Shown here piece by piece: positions 21,790 through 33,346 of a stretch of 33,608 bases of DNA (within the stretch, counting starts at the first letter, position 1; each line of letters starts with the position of its first letter). The stretch is from Octopus bimaculoides (Eukaryota). The DNA lies in NCBI RefSeq assembly GCF_001194135.2, contig NC_068986.1, positions 58,830,036-58,863,643 on the forward strand. Reading direction: 5' to 3'. The notes beneath the pieces were generated by a model. It made no database searches and was not told where the DNA came from. It was given only the letters and a program-made list of their open reading frames with translations. Both the position numbers and the translations under genes were made by a program.

Positions 21790-22200
21790 GAGGAGCCGCT
21801 TCTATGTTGTTGTTCAACCAGCGAAAGGTAACCGCCAAATTTCCACCCATCCGCCTTAAAAGAATGAAAAACATATTGTATGTATGATAGTCACTGCTGA
21901 AATTCTTTTAATCATAGGTTTGATGAATCAGATTGACTTGGAGATAAAAAAAAAAAAAAAGACAACAATCTAGGCTAAGAGAACGATGTGCCTTGTCAAA
22001 AATCTAGAAACTTCTATTAGAGCCAACAAGAAAGCTGCTACAAGGTCACTTGACAAGCTAGAGACAAAAGACAAATCTTCCTCCAGTTACACACTTCCTC
22101 TTGCTTTAAAAAAGAACAAATAAAACGATGTAGTCCTAGGCATTGCTAAAACATGGAAGGCCATGGCTGGAATGCTTTTGATCAGTGGTCTGATCATCGA
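21790..22200 (+). repeat. Two head-to-tail family D copies (21790-21970 and 22035-22200)
   Basis: Shared ...CCAAAT/ACAAATCT...TTAAAA...ATGTAGTCCTAG...CATGGCTGGAATGCTTTTGATCA pattern. The first copy ends in an A-run plus ACAACAA. Confidence 0.6.
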
Positions 22201-22250
22201 AGCTGAATCAAGACTAAACATACATACATACATACATACATACATACATA

Positions 22251-22431
22251 AGGGAGGGGTTAGTCGATTACATCGAACCCAATGTTTGATTAGTACTTAT
22301 TTTATCGTCCATGAAAAGACAAAACACAAAGTTATCTTCTTCAGCATTTGAACTCAGAACGTAAAGACCCAGAAGAAATGCTGCTAAGCATCTTGTCTAG
22401 CGTGCTGACGATTCTACCAGCTCACCGCCTT
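22251..22431 (-). mobile_element. tRNA-derived SINE family A
   Basis: Reverse-complement head AGGCGGTGAGCTGGTAGAATCGTCAGCACGCTAGACAAGATGCTTAGCAG...TACGTTCTGAGTTCAAAT. Confidence 0.85.
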
Positions 22432-22794
22432 AGAGAGAGAAAGGGGAGGATGATGAGACTGCATTGACAGTAACAAAAACACCATCATGATGATGAACTC
22501 TGCCAGATTGATGATGTCAGATGAAGCACTTCATTCTAGATTTCCTAAAACGAATTTTAAAAACAGTGAGAATATAAAAATGTAACAGAAAAGAAAAAAC
22601 ATTCGACGATAACCAGAAAGTAAGCGTTCATGGGAAAATAAACGACGATGACGACGACAAGGAATCGAACAGAGATTGGACAAAACCAAAAGAAGACTTT
22701 CTGCTATTTCTGTCCGGAGTTGTGGTCAAATAAATTATCTCTATACATCTGATAGGGTTATTAATTATATAAAGAGATTGAAAGTAAATAATGA

Positions 22795-22876
22795 AAAGAA
22801 AAAAGGAAGGAAGGACGGAAGGAAGGAAGGAAGGAAGGAAGGAAGGAAGGAAGGAAGGAAGGAAGGACGGAAGGAA

Positions 22877-22951
<75 letters not shown>

Positions 22952-22982
22952 GAAGGAAGGAAGGAAGGAAGGAAGGAAGGAA

Positions 22983-23029
<47 letters not shown>

Positions 23030-23059
23030 GAAAACGAAAGGAAGATGCTGGTATTTTAT

Positions 23060-23093
<34 letters not shown>

Positions 23094-23128
23094 GAAGGAA
23101 GGAAGGAAGGAAGGAAGGAAGGAAGGAA

Positions 23129-23176
<48 letters not shown>

Positions 23177-23235
23177 AAAAACGAAAGAAAGAAAGAAAGA
23201 AAGAAAAAACGAAAGAAAGAAAAACAAAAAAACGA

Positions 23236-23267
<32 letters not shown>

Positions 23268-23270
23268 AAA
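22795..23270. repeat. Compound (GGAA)n/(GAAA)n polypurine array
   Basis: Alternating GGAA and GAAA blocks, nearly pure purine apart from GATGCTGGTATTTTAT (~23044-23059) and scattered C. Confidence 0.97.
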
Positions 23271-23916
23271 GTAGGGTAAGGAGAAAGAGGAAAGAAAACG
23301 TGAAAGTAAAGAAGAAGGAAAATGGAAGTAGAGGAAAAGAAAAAGAAAGAACTGAAATAAAGAAAGAAATGTATAAGGAATGTAAAGTAATTAAGCATAA
23401 AAATAAACAAACGAAAACGAAAGCAAATGAAAAATTCATAAACAAAGAGAAAAAGTATAAAACAATAAATAAATAAATAAATAGATAAATAATGCCAGTG
23501 ATTTCCAAGAAACCCTTCTGATTCCCAAGAGGATAATAAACTGCCTTTATTGTTATTTTTGGGACCCAGCATACTGAGTGTGTAATGTTCCTCTTTCTAA
23601 GGGAAACATGGGGTGAGGGGTCCATGTTTATGGACGGGATACTGATGCAGTTGAATTATTAATATTGCCTTTTCGCTGAAATGGATAGTTCTATATCTCT
23701 TTTTGCCACTGTTGTTGCTGATGTTGTTGTTGTTGTTGATGTTGTTGCTGATGTTGTTGTTGTTGCTCATGTTGTTGTTGTTGTTGATGGTGGTGGTGGT
23801 GGTGGTGGTGGTGTTACTGCCGCTACCGTCGTTGTCGTCATTGTCCGTATGCCTGTGTGAGAAATCGTTATTATTGTAGTTGTTACTGCTGTTGTTGTTA
23901 TCTCAATAAGCTTTAC

Positions 23917-24155
23917 GGCGATGAGGTGGCAGAATTTTTCCAATGCTCTAATAAATTCCGAACGTTGGAAAAATGCCTTGCGGTATTTCCTCCGGTTCCT
24001 TATGGTCTGAGTTCGAATCCTGCTAATGTCGATATTGCCTTTTTACCTCCGAAGCCGCTGAAAAAAAGAAGTAAATACCAGTCAAGCACTAAGGTCGGCG
24101 GTATTGACTAACCCCTTCCCTCAAAATTGCTGGCCCTTGTGCCTAATTCATGAAC
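23917..24155 (+). mobile_element. tRNA-derived SINE family A
   Basis: GGCGATGAGGTGGCAGAAT...TGCCTTGCGGTATTT...TCTGAGTTCGAATCC...GTCGATATTGCCTTT...AAATACCAG...CCCCTTCCCTCAAAATTGCTGGCCCTTGTGCC. Confidence 0.8.
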
Positions 24156-24543
24156 AATTATCTTAAGAATCTTTGTGCCACCGGAAGAAATACTCATCAC
24201 TATTATTATTATCAAGGTGGTAGTTTAGTAAAATCAATCCAACGTCGGAAACAATGTCGCGTGGTATGTCTTCCAGATTTTTTCGTTGAGCTCAAATCCT
24301 ACCCGAGTCAACTGGATGAAAATACAAGACCTGTTTAAAGGCAGTTCAACTCTGAGGAGTCAACGGTCATTCAAATAGCAACGCTTCATTAGTTCTGCTG
24401 CTGATTAAGTCATTACTCCGTAAAGCAGCAGTGTATAATATTTGTGTGTGTATGTGAGCATGCATGCATGTTTATATTTATGCATGTGTATATTATGTAT
24501 ATATGTATGCGTATATATATATATATATATTTGTGTGGGGGGA

Positions 24544-24814
24544 AGGAACATGACCAAGTCCTTAGAGCAGCGGACTTGCGGTCGAGGTATCACGAGTTCG
24601 AATCTCAAACCGGGCGATCTGTGTGTTTATGAGCGAAACACCTAAGCTCCACGCGGCTCCGGCAGAGGGTACCGGCGATCACAACTTTCTCTCACTCTTT
24701 CCTCCTGCATCTAGCAGCCCACCTGAGACAGACCGACGTGCAGGTGGGGAACCTATATGCGACTGAAACCGAGAAACCGGCCCTTATAAGCCAAGTATGG
24801 CTCGAGAAGGAACA

Positions 24815-24820
<6 letters not shown>
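24544..24820 (+). mobile_element. tRNA-derived SINE (resembles octopus OR-type, from recollection)
   Basis: TTAGAGCAGCGGACTTGCGGTCGAGG...GAGTTCGAATCTC (B box), a body AGCGAAACACCTAAGCTCCACG, and a tail GGCTCGAGAAGGAACAAACAAA. Confidence 0.75.
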
Positions 24821-24852
<32 letters not shown>

Positions 24853-24859
24853 TACATAC

Positions 24860-27790
24860 ATACAAACCCCTCTAAAGATGGTGTCTTGATATAAATACTC
24901 GTGTCTGTGACACCTCATCACCACTTTCCTCAGTATGAAAGTAATGGATAAAAGAATCAATACAGACAACGGCGTAAGTGAGGACGTAACTTCGGGTCAT
25001 AGGCTCTCGCCCTGCAGATGCCCTATAGGTGATTAGCACAAACCCAGTCGCCATTATACGGCTACCAGAACAAAATAGTCTAAGACAATGAATATAGCTG
25101 TTATGGAAAGTTATTTTTTTAGCAGACCCGATGATGATGAAGCGAAGCCCGTAAGAGGATATAGAAAGAGAATGCACATCATTGGGATAGAGAGGCAGGG
25201 CTTAAATATAATGGAAAATAGACTGTGTGATCGGGCAAAGATAATAATGAAGAAAGAGTGTTTAACAGTATTAGAGCTTGATGAAATTAAGAGGAGGGTG
25301 ACGATCGAAAACACTGGGAGTGAAGTTGAAGTGGCAACAGAGAATGTTGACGAGGTTGTATTGAATGAAAGTGCCCTGGAGAATGAAGTTGGTTTAAGTT
25401 TTGAGGATGTGGAAGGACTGAAAGATGAGGATAGAGGAATGAAGGAAGATATCACTGGAATCATTCAAAACAATCTGGATATGGAACTAAATAGATTCAA
25501 GAAAGTGAATAGAAATTTGCTCGGGAGCTAGACTCGGAAGGTGAATAAAAGATTGAAAGAAATCAAGACAGATAATTGGAACAAGTATATTAATTAAATC
25601 TTGTATCATCTACGTAGAAATGAAAGTAGCCTCGAACCAAACCGTAAAAGATGAAATATAGCAAAAGATCCCTAGTGGAAAAGAAGGTTAAAGAATCAAT
25701 GAACGAACTACGAAAATATATGAATACAATAGAAAGAAAGAAACAAAGTGAAATCAGGAAGAAGGAGAAATATGAGGAACTAGAACGTAGATACAGGATC
25801 AAGAGAAAGGGGTAAATATAGTCCTTGAAGGGCTGAAACAAAGACAGCAGGCTAAAGCTACAAAAATCAAGAAATATGACCAAAGAATTGAACAATATAA
25901 AATCAATAGATTGTTCCAACAGGATCAAGAAATGGTTTATCAGCAGCTGAACGGAAAGGTTAACAGCAGTGAGAAACCGGACGCTGAAGAAAGAGGGAGG
26001 ATTTGGAGTAACATCGAGTATAGTGGAAGAAATCATAATACAGATGTTGAAAGGATTAAGATCGGAGAAAAAGAAGTAAAACAGAACAGTATAAGAATTA
26101 GAACTGAAATGGTGACCAAGCAGACAACAAAAGTCCCAAACTGGAAATGTCAAGGCCTGGATGGAGTACAAAGGTTCAGCATTACACGAAAGGATAAATA
26201 CACAAATAGATAAAATGATCAACAAGGGGGTGGAAACCCCAAAGTGGATGATCACAAGTGAAACGGTTCCTTGCCAAAATGACCCCGGTAAAGGTAATGC
26301 AGTGGATAATTACCGGCCAATCTCTTGCCTTTTCTTGGTGTGGAAGTTGATGACAGAAATAATAAGTAATTGTATGTATAACTTCCTGCAAATGAATGAG
26401 AAGCCGCCAGTGGAACATAAAGAATGCAGGGGGAAAAGCCGATGAACAAAAGATCAACTTCTGATAGAATGGTGCTGAATGACTGCAAGAAAAGAATCTG
26501 TGTACGGTGTGGATCAATTATAATCTGTGTATGGCGTGTATCGATTATAAGAAAACTTAGGACATGCGCCCGCCCCATTCCTGGATTTTAGCAAGTCTTG
26601 AGTTGATACATTTTAAAGTTCTCCATTGATCAGGAGATCTCTGCCGAACTTAACATCATGTGGAAAATTTTAGGCGAAGGTTAACATCAGGAGAGGCATA
26701 TTTCAGGGAGATAATCTGTCGCCATTACTGTTTGTAATTTGTACGATAACCCTCACACAGATATTACAGAAAGTGACATCGGGGTACATCTTGAAAAATT
26801 GAGAAAAGTTAAATCACGTTATATATGGATGAGTTTAAGATCTTCGGTAAGAGTGAACATGAAATAAATGGTCTGGTTTCAAATGTGCAGATATTCAGTA
26901 AGGTTATCGGGATGGAGTTTTGGGATTAAAAGTGTGGTATGCTCATCATAAAAAAAGGCAAAGTAGTGTCATATGATGGTGTTGAATTACCCAACGGTGA
27001 GAGAGTCAAGGATATTGAGATGGATGGATTTAAATATCTGGGTATTTTGGAGTATGACAAAAACAAGAAGAGTGAGATAAAGGAAAGCTTTAGGCGAAAA
27101 TACCCCAGAAGAACCAGATTAATTATGGAGAGATGAATCAATGGAAAGAACAAGTTCAGGGCAATGAATACATGGGCTGTTTCCCTAATGCGATACGGCA
27201 TAGGTGTTGTTAGATGGACAGTGAACAAGCTTCAGGAAATGAATTGAAAAGCCAGGAAAATGATGACAATGAACAAGGAATTTCACCCTAAAAGCGATAT
27301 CGATAGACTGTATGTGCCGAGATACAAGGGAGGAATAGGTCTCATAGGATGCAAGATGTGTTGTCAATGAGGAAAACAGTCTGGGATGGTATGCCAAACA
27401 GCAGATTGAGCCTTCGTTTGTCGCTCTTATAAATGTCCATACGATATCTTGTGAAAATGTGACACTCACAAATATTTAAGAAACAAGGAGAACAAAGATT
27501 AAACAACTGCAGAATGAAAACGCTGCATGGGAAATACCCCAGAGAAATGGAAGGGAAAGACATGACCAACACTTGGCGGTAGTTAAGGAAAAGTGATCGA
27601 AAGGATGCACTGAGGCCACTAGCGTAGCTAAAGTGTGTGCCGCCCGGGGTGGCCCTTCTGTTTGCTACTCCCGGATCCCACAAAAACTCATGTTGCCTAC
27701 AGCAAACCCAAAAGTACCACCCCTTTAAAACTGCCACCCGGGGCGAACCGTCCCCACCACCCCTACGTTAGTGAATGAGGCATGTGCGTG
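24860..27790 (+). mobile_element. R4/Dong-clade non-LTR retrotransposon, decayed and 3'-truncated
   Basis: N-terminal MNIAVMESYFFSRP..KPVRGYRKRMH..RLCD, NYRPISCL (26308), KDQLLI, IFQGDNLSPLLF (~26700), YMDE (26822-26833), FKYLGILE, NTWAVSLMRYG, DIDRLYVPRYKGGIGL, and WLRKSD..CTEA. No restriction-like endonuclease domain remains. Confidence 0.88.
27617..27773. mobile_element. 157-bp hAT-type MITE nested in the R4/Dong LINE
   Basis: TIRs CACTAGCGTAGC and the reverse complement of CCTACGTTAGTG match 10/12. The 8-bp TSD ACTGAGGC (27609-27616) / AATGAGGC (27774-27781) matches 7/8. The subterminal motif GCCRCCCGGGG occurs twice. Confidence 0.8.
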
Positions 27791-27801
27791 TGTGTGTGCA
27801 T

Positions 27802-27838
<37 letters not shown>

Positions 27839-27860
27839 TGTGTGTGTGTGTGTGTGTGTG
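27783..27860. repeat. (GT)n microsatellite; similar GT/CA arrays at 28490-28530, 28620-28703 and 29801-29885
   Basis: Directly visible. Confidence 0.97.
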
Positions 27861-28490
27861 CTTAAAAAGCTGCTCAATAGGGAACAGCGAGGATTTTGAG
27901 ATTGGTACTTGGATGTTAAAATCGAGAGCTCTTAGATGTAAAAGAGAATGAAGTTTTAATATAATTATCTTGTTTTCATTATTATACATTTTATCAGATG
28001 TATACTTATTTATTTCCGTGTCAATGTCCTGCTTTATAAATGTTTAATTCGTTCAGTTAAATAGTATCGTCCACCTTTCCCTTCGTATTTGTTTAATTTA
28101 TCTGACATTGTGGATTGGGTTCTTTTCTTCTCCCGTTTCTGAAATTAAAATAGCTTTCTTTCAGTTATGTAAACTACACTTACAAAAGTGTTTGTAATTC
28201 TTCTTTCTATATATAAAAACTTGTCGAGTGACCAATACAGGATATGTTGATGAGATCTAGTAGATGGAAACATGTTCAGAGCTACTCCTTGCTTGCTGTC
28301 ATAGATCAAATTTGTCCAATAAATAATTTCAAGAGTTTAGTTTTTAATCTCTTAAAATTATCCCCATTTTTTTCTCTAAGAATTGCTAACAGTTACCGAT
28401 ATCCATTTGCTTTCTATCACCAATTAGAAGGGAATTTCAATTAAGAATATTTTGCGTGCATCATTTAGTATATTACCCTTACTACTCTCT

Positions 28491-28532
<42 letters not shown>

Positions 28533-28656
28533 AAAACAAAAAGAGAGGGATGGAGGGAGAGGGAGAAGGTCATCTCTCTCTTTCTTCTGAGATATATACA
28601 TACTTATACACATACACATATACACAAACACACACACACATACACACGCACACACA

Positions 28657-28708
<52 letters not shown>

Positions 28709-29815
28709 TATATATTTCTCTGTTGTTATATCTCACTTCTCTCCATCGCCTTCAATCACACATTCATTTCACGGTCCCGACTTTTGTGGACTCCTCATTT
28801 AATCTTCGCCATATACATCGCTCTCTTACTTTAACTTGCCCTTCTCTCTCTCTCCCTCTCTTTCTCTCTCCGGTCTCTCACACGCACATGCACTTTCATT
28901 CACATACGCTCTATCTTACCCTGTCTATCTTTCTCACCGTCTCCTTCTCTCTCCTTTTTCTCCTCCTCTTTCTTCTCCTCATTCTCTCTCTCTCTCTCTC
29001 TCTCTCCTCACCTCTCTTTCGCGCTAGTACTTCTCTAATATACCCTCTTACTACCTATTTACTTGCCGTTATCAGAAATTATTAATTAAAAGTTAACTCA
29101 CTTTTATGCCCACCACCACCACCACCACCACCACCACCATTATTACCATCATAAGAGAAATCATTTCCTTCATCCCCTTCCCACAACCACTACCACTTCA
29201 TCATTGTGGTTTTCATCATTGTCTTTCTTGTNNNNNNNNNNNNNNNNNNNNNNNNNNNNNNNNNNNNNNNNNNNNNNNNNNNNNNNNNNNNNNNNNNNNN
29301 NNNNNNNNNNNNNNNNNNNNNNNNNNNNNNNNNNNNNNNNNNNNNNNNNNNNNNNNNNNNNNNNNNNNNNNNNNNNNNNNNNNNNNNNNNNNNNNNNNNN
29401 NNNNNNNNNNNNNNNNNNNNNNNNNNNNNNNNNNNNNNNNNNNNNNNNNNNNNNNNNNNNNNNNNNNNNNNNNNNNNNNNNNNNNNNNNNNNNNNNNNNN
29501 NNNNNNNNNNNNNNNNNNNNNNNNNNNNNNNNNNNNNNNNNNNNNNNNNNNNNNNNNNNNNNNNNNNNNNNNNNNNNNNNNNNNNNNNNNNNNNNNNNNN
29601 NNNNNNNNNNNNNNNNNNNNNNNNNNNNNNNNNNNNNNNNNNNNNNNNNNNNNNNNNNNNNNNNNNNNNNNNNNNNNNNNNNNNNNNNNNNNNNNNNNNN
29701 NNNNNNNNNNNNNNNNNNNNNNNNNNNNNNNNNNNNNNNNNNNNNNNNNNNNNNNNNNNNNNNNNNNNNNNNNNNNNNNNNNNNNNNNNNNNNNNNNNNN
29801 GTGTGTGTGTGTGTG

Positions 29816-29885
<70 letters not shown>

Positions 29886-29886
<1 letters not shown>

Positions 29887-30085
29887 TTATCCACCACTGC
29901 CGCTTCACTACCAGTGCTGGTGACTTTACAACTCCGTAACTTAGCGGTTCGGCAAAAAGAGACCGACAGAATAAGTGCCAGGCTTATAAATAATATAAGT
30001 GCTGGGATCGATTAGTTCGACTAAAATTTCTCAAGGCGGTGCCCCAGCTTGGCCACAGTCTAATAACTGAAAAAAGTTAAAGGCA
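29886..30085 (+). mobile_element. SINE family C 3' half
   Basis: CCGTAACTTAGCGGTTCGGCAAAAAGAGACCGACAGAATAAGTGCCAGGCTT...CTGGGATCGATTAGTTCGACTAAAA...AAGGCGGTGCCCCAGCTTGGCCACAGTC, preceded by (GT)n. Confidence 0.85.
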
Positions 30086-30484
30086 AGCTAAGGTGATCGT
30101 GGTGGTGGTGGTGGTCAATATAATAAGTACCCTACCGTAAAAAGATGGGGCATTTTCAAAGGCAGCACTCAACACGGGCTTTAGGCTATCTACACTGTCG
30201 GATTTCAGTCGAACTTTTTCAGTTGTAAAAACTCCAGGCTTCACAACGGTAAAACCGTTTTACCGTTGTGTGGTTTTAGTGAAAAGTGAAATATAATCCA
30301 AATAAGAAGATAAAGAAATATTTTAACATCGTTAATGACCAGTTACTATTGTTTGTGCACCAACTCTGCTTTCAACGTCAGTTCACGCAAAAGTTCCAAG
30401 TGAAAATTTACGTAATATTTGTCGTTTTAAACAGAGTGACACTTCTTCAGACCTGCATCAAAGGTGCGCTCTTACATAATACAT

Positions 30485-30665
30485 AGCCTGTCCTGACTGA
30501 GCAAAACTATGACCAATCCACTCCAGCGAGTCAGCCAATATTTTTATATATTAGAGACTACATAGTCGTTCCTTATTTTTATAACGATAGTGTGCTGTTT
30601 CAGTTGAGGGAGATTTAGCAGCTATTTTTAACAGGTTGAGCTACCATGTAAAGACTCTTTCATTG
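30485..30665 (-). repeat. Family D dispersed repeat copy
   Basis: TTGAGGGAGATTTAGCAGCTATTTTTAACAGGTTGAGCTACCATGTAAAGACTC. Confidence 0.65.
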
Positions 30666-31204
30666 GTTTATCGATGGTGTCCTTACTTCAATAGTTTTTG
30701 TGGTGGTTATGCTGGCGGTGGAGGTGGTGGTGGTGGTCATTGCCATTGTTGTTTCAATTTAGTGTTTTGTTCGTTCTTTTTCTCGATGCAATTGTTATTG
30801 TAGTTCCTGTCACTTTTCTTGTTGTTCTTAACAATTGTTCGTGTATTTTCTTTTATTTCATTATTGTTATTGCTATTGTTGCTGCAGTTAATTTTATTTT
30901 TATTTTCAATATTTTTGTTTGTAATTGCGTTTGCTGTCTTTTTTTTTTCATTATTTTTCTCTCCAAAGATTCTAAGACAATTTGTAGGGACATCTATAAT
31001 AGTGGAAGAGATGGCGGCAGATTTGATAGCGGAGTGGAGTGACTGGCAGTTGTACTGTAGTGGGTTAATAATAAATTTTAATTAAATCGCTTGTCTAATG
31101 CCCCTAATAACATTATCGTAAATGAACTTTTATGGATGCAATACCCTGAGACATTGGACGCCTAGAAGCTACATATGGGGAAGCTAACGAACGATGGTGA
31201 TTTT

Positions 31205-31345
31205 ATAGTCTCTAGAAGTGCTAGAAATAGCAACCTAATTTTATACAAAACCCTTAAAAAAAGACACATTGGTTATTATAGTTTTAGATTTCTCGCACAG
31301 CGGAAAGATATGGAATAGTCATGGCTAGAATATGAATGCATTTGA
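31205..31345 (+). repeat. Family D dispersed repeat copy
   Basis: TGCTAGAAATAGCAACCTAA...CTTAAAAAAAGACACATTGG...GTCATGGCTAGAAT. Confidence 0.6.
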
Positions 31346-31379
31346 TAACAGTTCTATACAATCAGGACTGATCCAGGAC

Positions 31380-31710
31380 TGAATAAATACGAAAAACCAA
31401 AGAAACGTACGAATTGATAAATAAAGAACAAGTGAATATTCGAACTAACAAACGAATGATTGAACGAGCAAACTCACGAAGTAGCAAAGGTGCTAATGAA
31501 ACAAGAGAGAGTACAAGCCAACGAACGAACGAACGAACGAACGGGAGAACGAACGAATGCATTAAGTAGTAAAACTAGCAAATGAATGATCACTCGAGTG
31601 AACTAGACAAGAAAAAAGTGAATGAATGAATAAATAAGTAAACAAACAATCGAACGAACGATCGAGCGAACGAGTGGACAAATGAGCGAGAGAAACAATG
31701 AACTAAAGAA
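31380..31710. repeat. Degenerate tetranucleotide mosaic (AACG/AATG/AAAC)
   Basis: A perfect (AACG)5 core at ~31521-31540 with decayed in-phase flanks. Confidence 0.75.
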
Positions 31711-32799
31711 CAAGTGAAAAAGCTGTGGTGGTAAAGCTTTGAAGGCGAAAATGATGATAGTGGTGGTGATGATGGTACTAGTGACGGTGATGGGGGTTTC
31801 GAAGACGGTAATGTTAATAGTCATTGTTTAGAGAGATGGCAAAGGGCTGTGTATCATGGCGGAAAGTGAGAGAAGATTTTTATTAATAGGGTTATCATTT
31901 TCCGAACTAATTAACCTCATCTTTAGAGATGGAGCATTTTTAAAAAATATTTATATTGATAAAGGATCAGAGGTTTGGGTAGGATGGATTATCAGAATCG
32001 GTTGAACGGCGATTTTGTCCTATTTATTTACGCCTCTTTAAATCTCTGAGTTAAAACGCCGCTAAGATTGCCTTTGCTTCTCATTCTTCCAGAGTCGATA
32101 CAAATAAATACACCATTTAATTACTGGTTTGATGTAATAGACTATAGACCGACCCCCAACCCCAGCCTAGTATCTCTGTTAGAAATCACTGTTTTACAGC
32201 TATGTCTTTACAACATCTGTTGGAGTTGTAAGGTGGAAGGGACTATCTTCGAGACTATCGGAAGGAAAGGAAAAAATTTATTCTCATAATAGATCACTTA
32301 GCTAACTGCTGACAACAAAGTAAATATCACCTAATCAAATTTGCATGCGATTAGGTGGTGATGTTAAACTCGGAAGACGGATTAAGTCTGTTCCTGTGCT
32401 TGTATTCATTTTATTTTTCTTATAGCCTTAAAAGAAAACTAAACTCTTTTCCCTTCTTTCCTTTCTCGTTTCCCTCATTGTTTTGTTTAGTTTCTGATAC
32501 TTTTGAACTGTTTTGAAGTTATATGTAAATATTGAGAGTCTACATGAGCATAAAGTATTAAATTTTGCTTGCGATCATAATTGATTCAACAGACCTAAAT
32601 TAATCATTGATTCTTCTGCAAAAGAACGAAAAGCACAATAACGTGGTCGGAATTTTGACCTAAAATATAAAGAAATATAAGTTATACGCTACTACAGAAT
32701 ATATATCTAAAGCTGCTTAACCAATATTATATGAATTTACGGTTTTAAGCACTTTGTCTATGTATACAATATCTTCGTGGACAGGATTTAGTAATATAC

Positions 32800-32936
32800 G
32801 ATGCGTTCAGGCAATCACGCAGTTCCAGATTTAAGCACAGAGTGGCACATTGGGCAAGTGTATTCTCCCGTAGTTTTATGAATTCATGAATAAAACTTGG
32901 TAGGGAAACTGTATGGAAGCTTGTTATGTGTGTGTA

Positions 32937-32990
<54 letters not shown>
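32800..32990 (+). mobile_element. SINE family C 5' part, decayed, ending in (TG)/(TA)n
   Basis: GTGGCACATTGGGCAAGTGTATTCT...TTGGTAGGGAAACTGTATGGAAGC, then the microsatellite. Confidence 0.55.
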
Positions 32991-32994
<4 letters not shown>

Positions 32995-33257
32995 TACTTG
33001 GAAATGAATGCGTGGTGTTCAATCATATAATAATATAAATAATATATATATATATAAATGTACATTTTGGTGTTTAATTTTATAAAATTTTTATGAATTT
33101 ATTTAAATTTATAATTTTTTAATTAATTTTTTTTTTATTTTGTAAAAATATATTAGGAAGTTATATATATATATTTTTATTCTTATTCTTATTTTTAATG
33201 AAGATATCTTAGAATTTGCATGATTAAGTTGGATCCGTTAATAATAATAATAAAAAG

Positions 33258-33346
33258 AAAAATAGCCTGATGACGCACAGTTGGATTTATGTATTTGGTA
33301 TAGCCTGGTAAAACAAACTACCAGGGCAGAAACACGTGTAGCGTTG
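33258..33346 (+). ncRNA. Candidate Penelope-type (type I) hammerhead ribozyme, probably decayed
   Basis: CTGATGA (33266-33272), a hairpin CCTGGTA-aaacaaac-TACCAGG, GAAAC (33329-33333), an ACGT loop and a GTA cleavage triplet (33338-33340). Stem I has only two firm GC pairs plus a bulged extension; the base of stem II is a C.A mismatch. Confidence 0.6.

Noticed and set aside
22628-23625. Long ORFs of 162-314 aa on both strands
   Set aside because: They are translations of the GGAA/GAAA microsatellite, which lacks stop codons; there is no coding signal.
24890-24897. TATAAATA upstream of the R4/Dong ORF
   Set aside because: The motif is too common in AT-rich DNA to call a promoter.
26822-26833. 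Both this RT (YMDE) and the Tx1 RT (YADE, 20200-20211) show D-to-E at the catalytic motif
   Set aside because: Both copies are full of stops and frameshifts, and the Tx1 change coincides with its truncation junction. This is neutral decay, not a functional variant.
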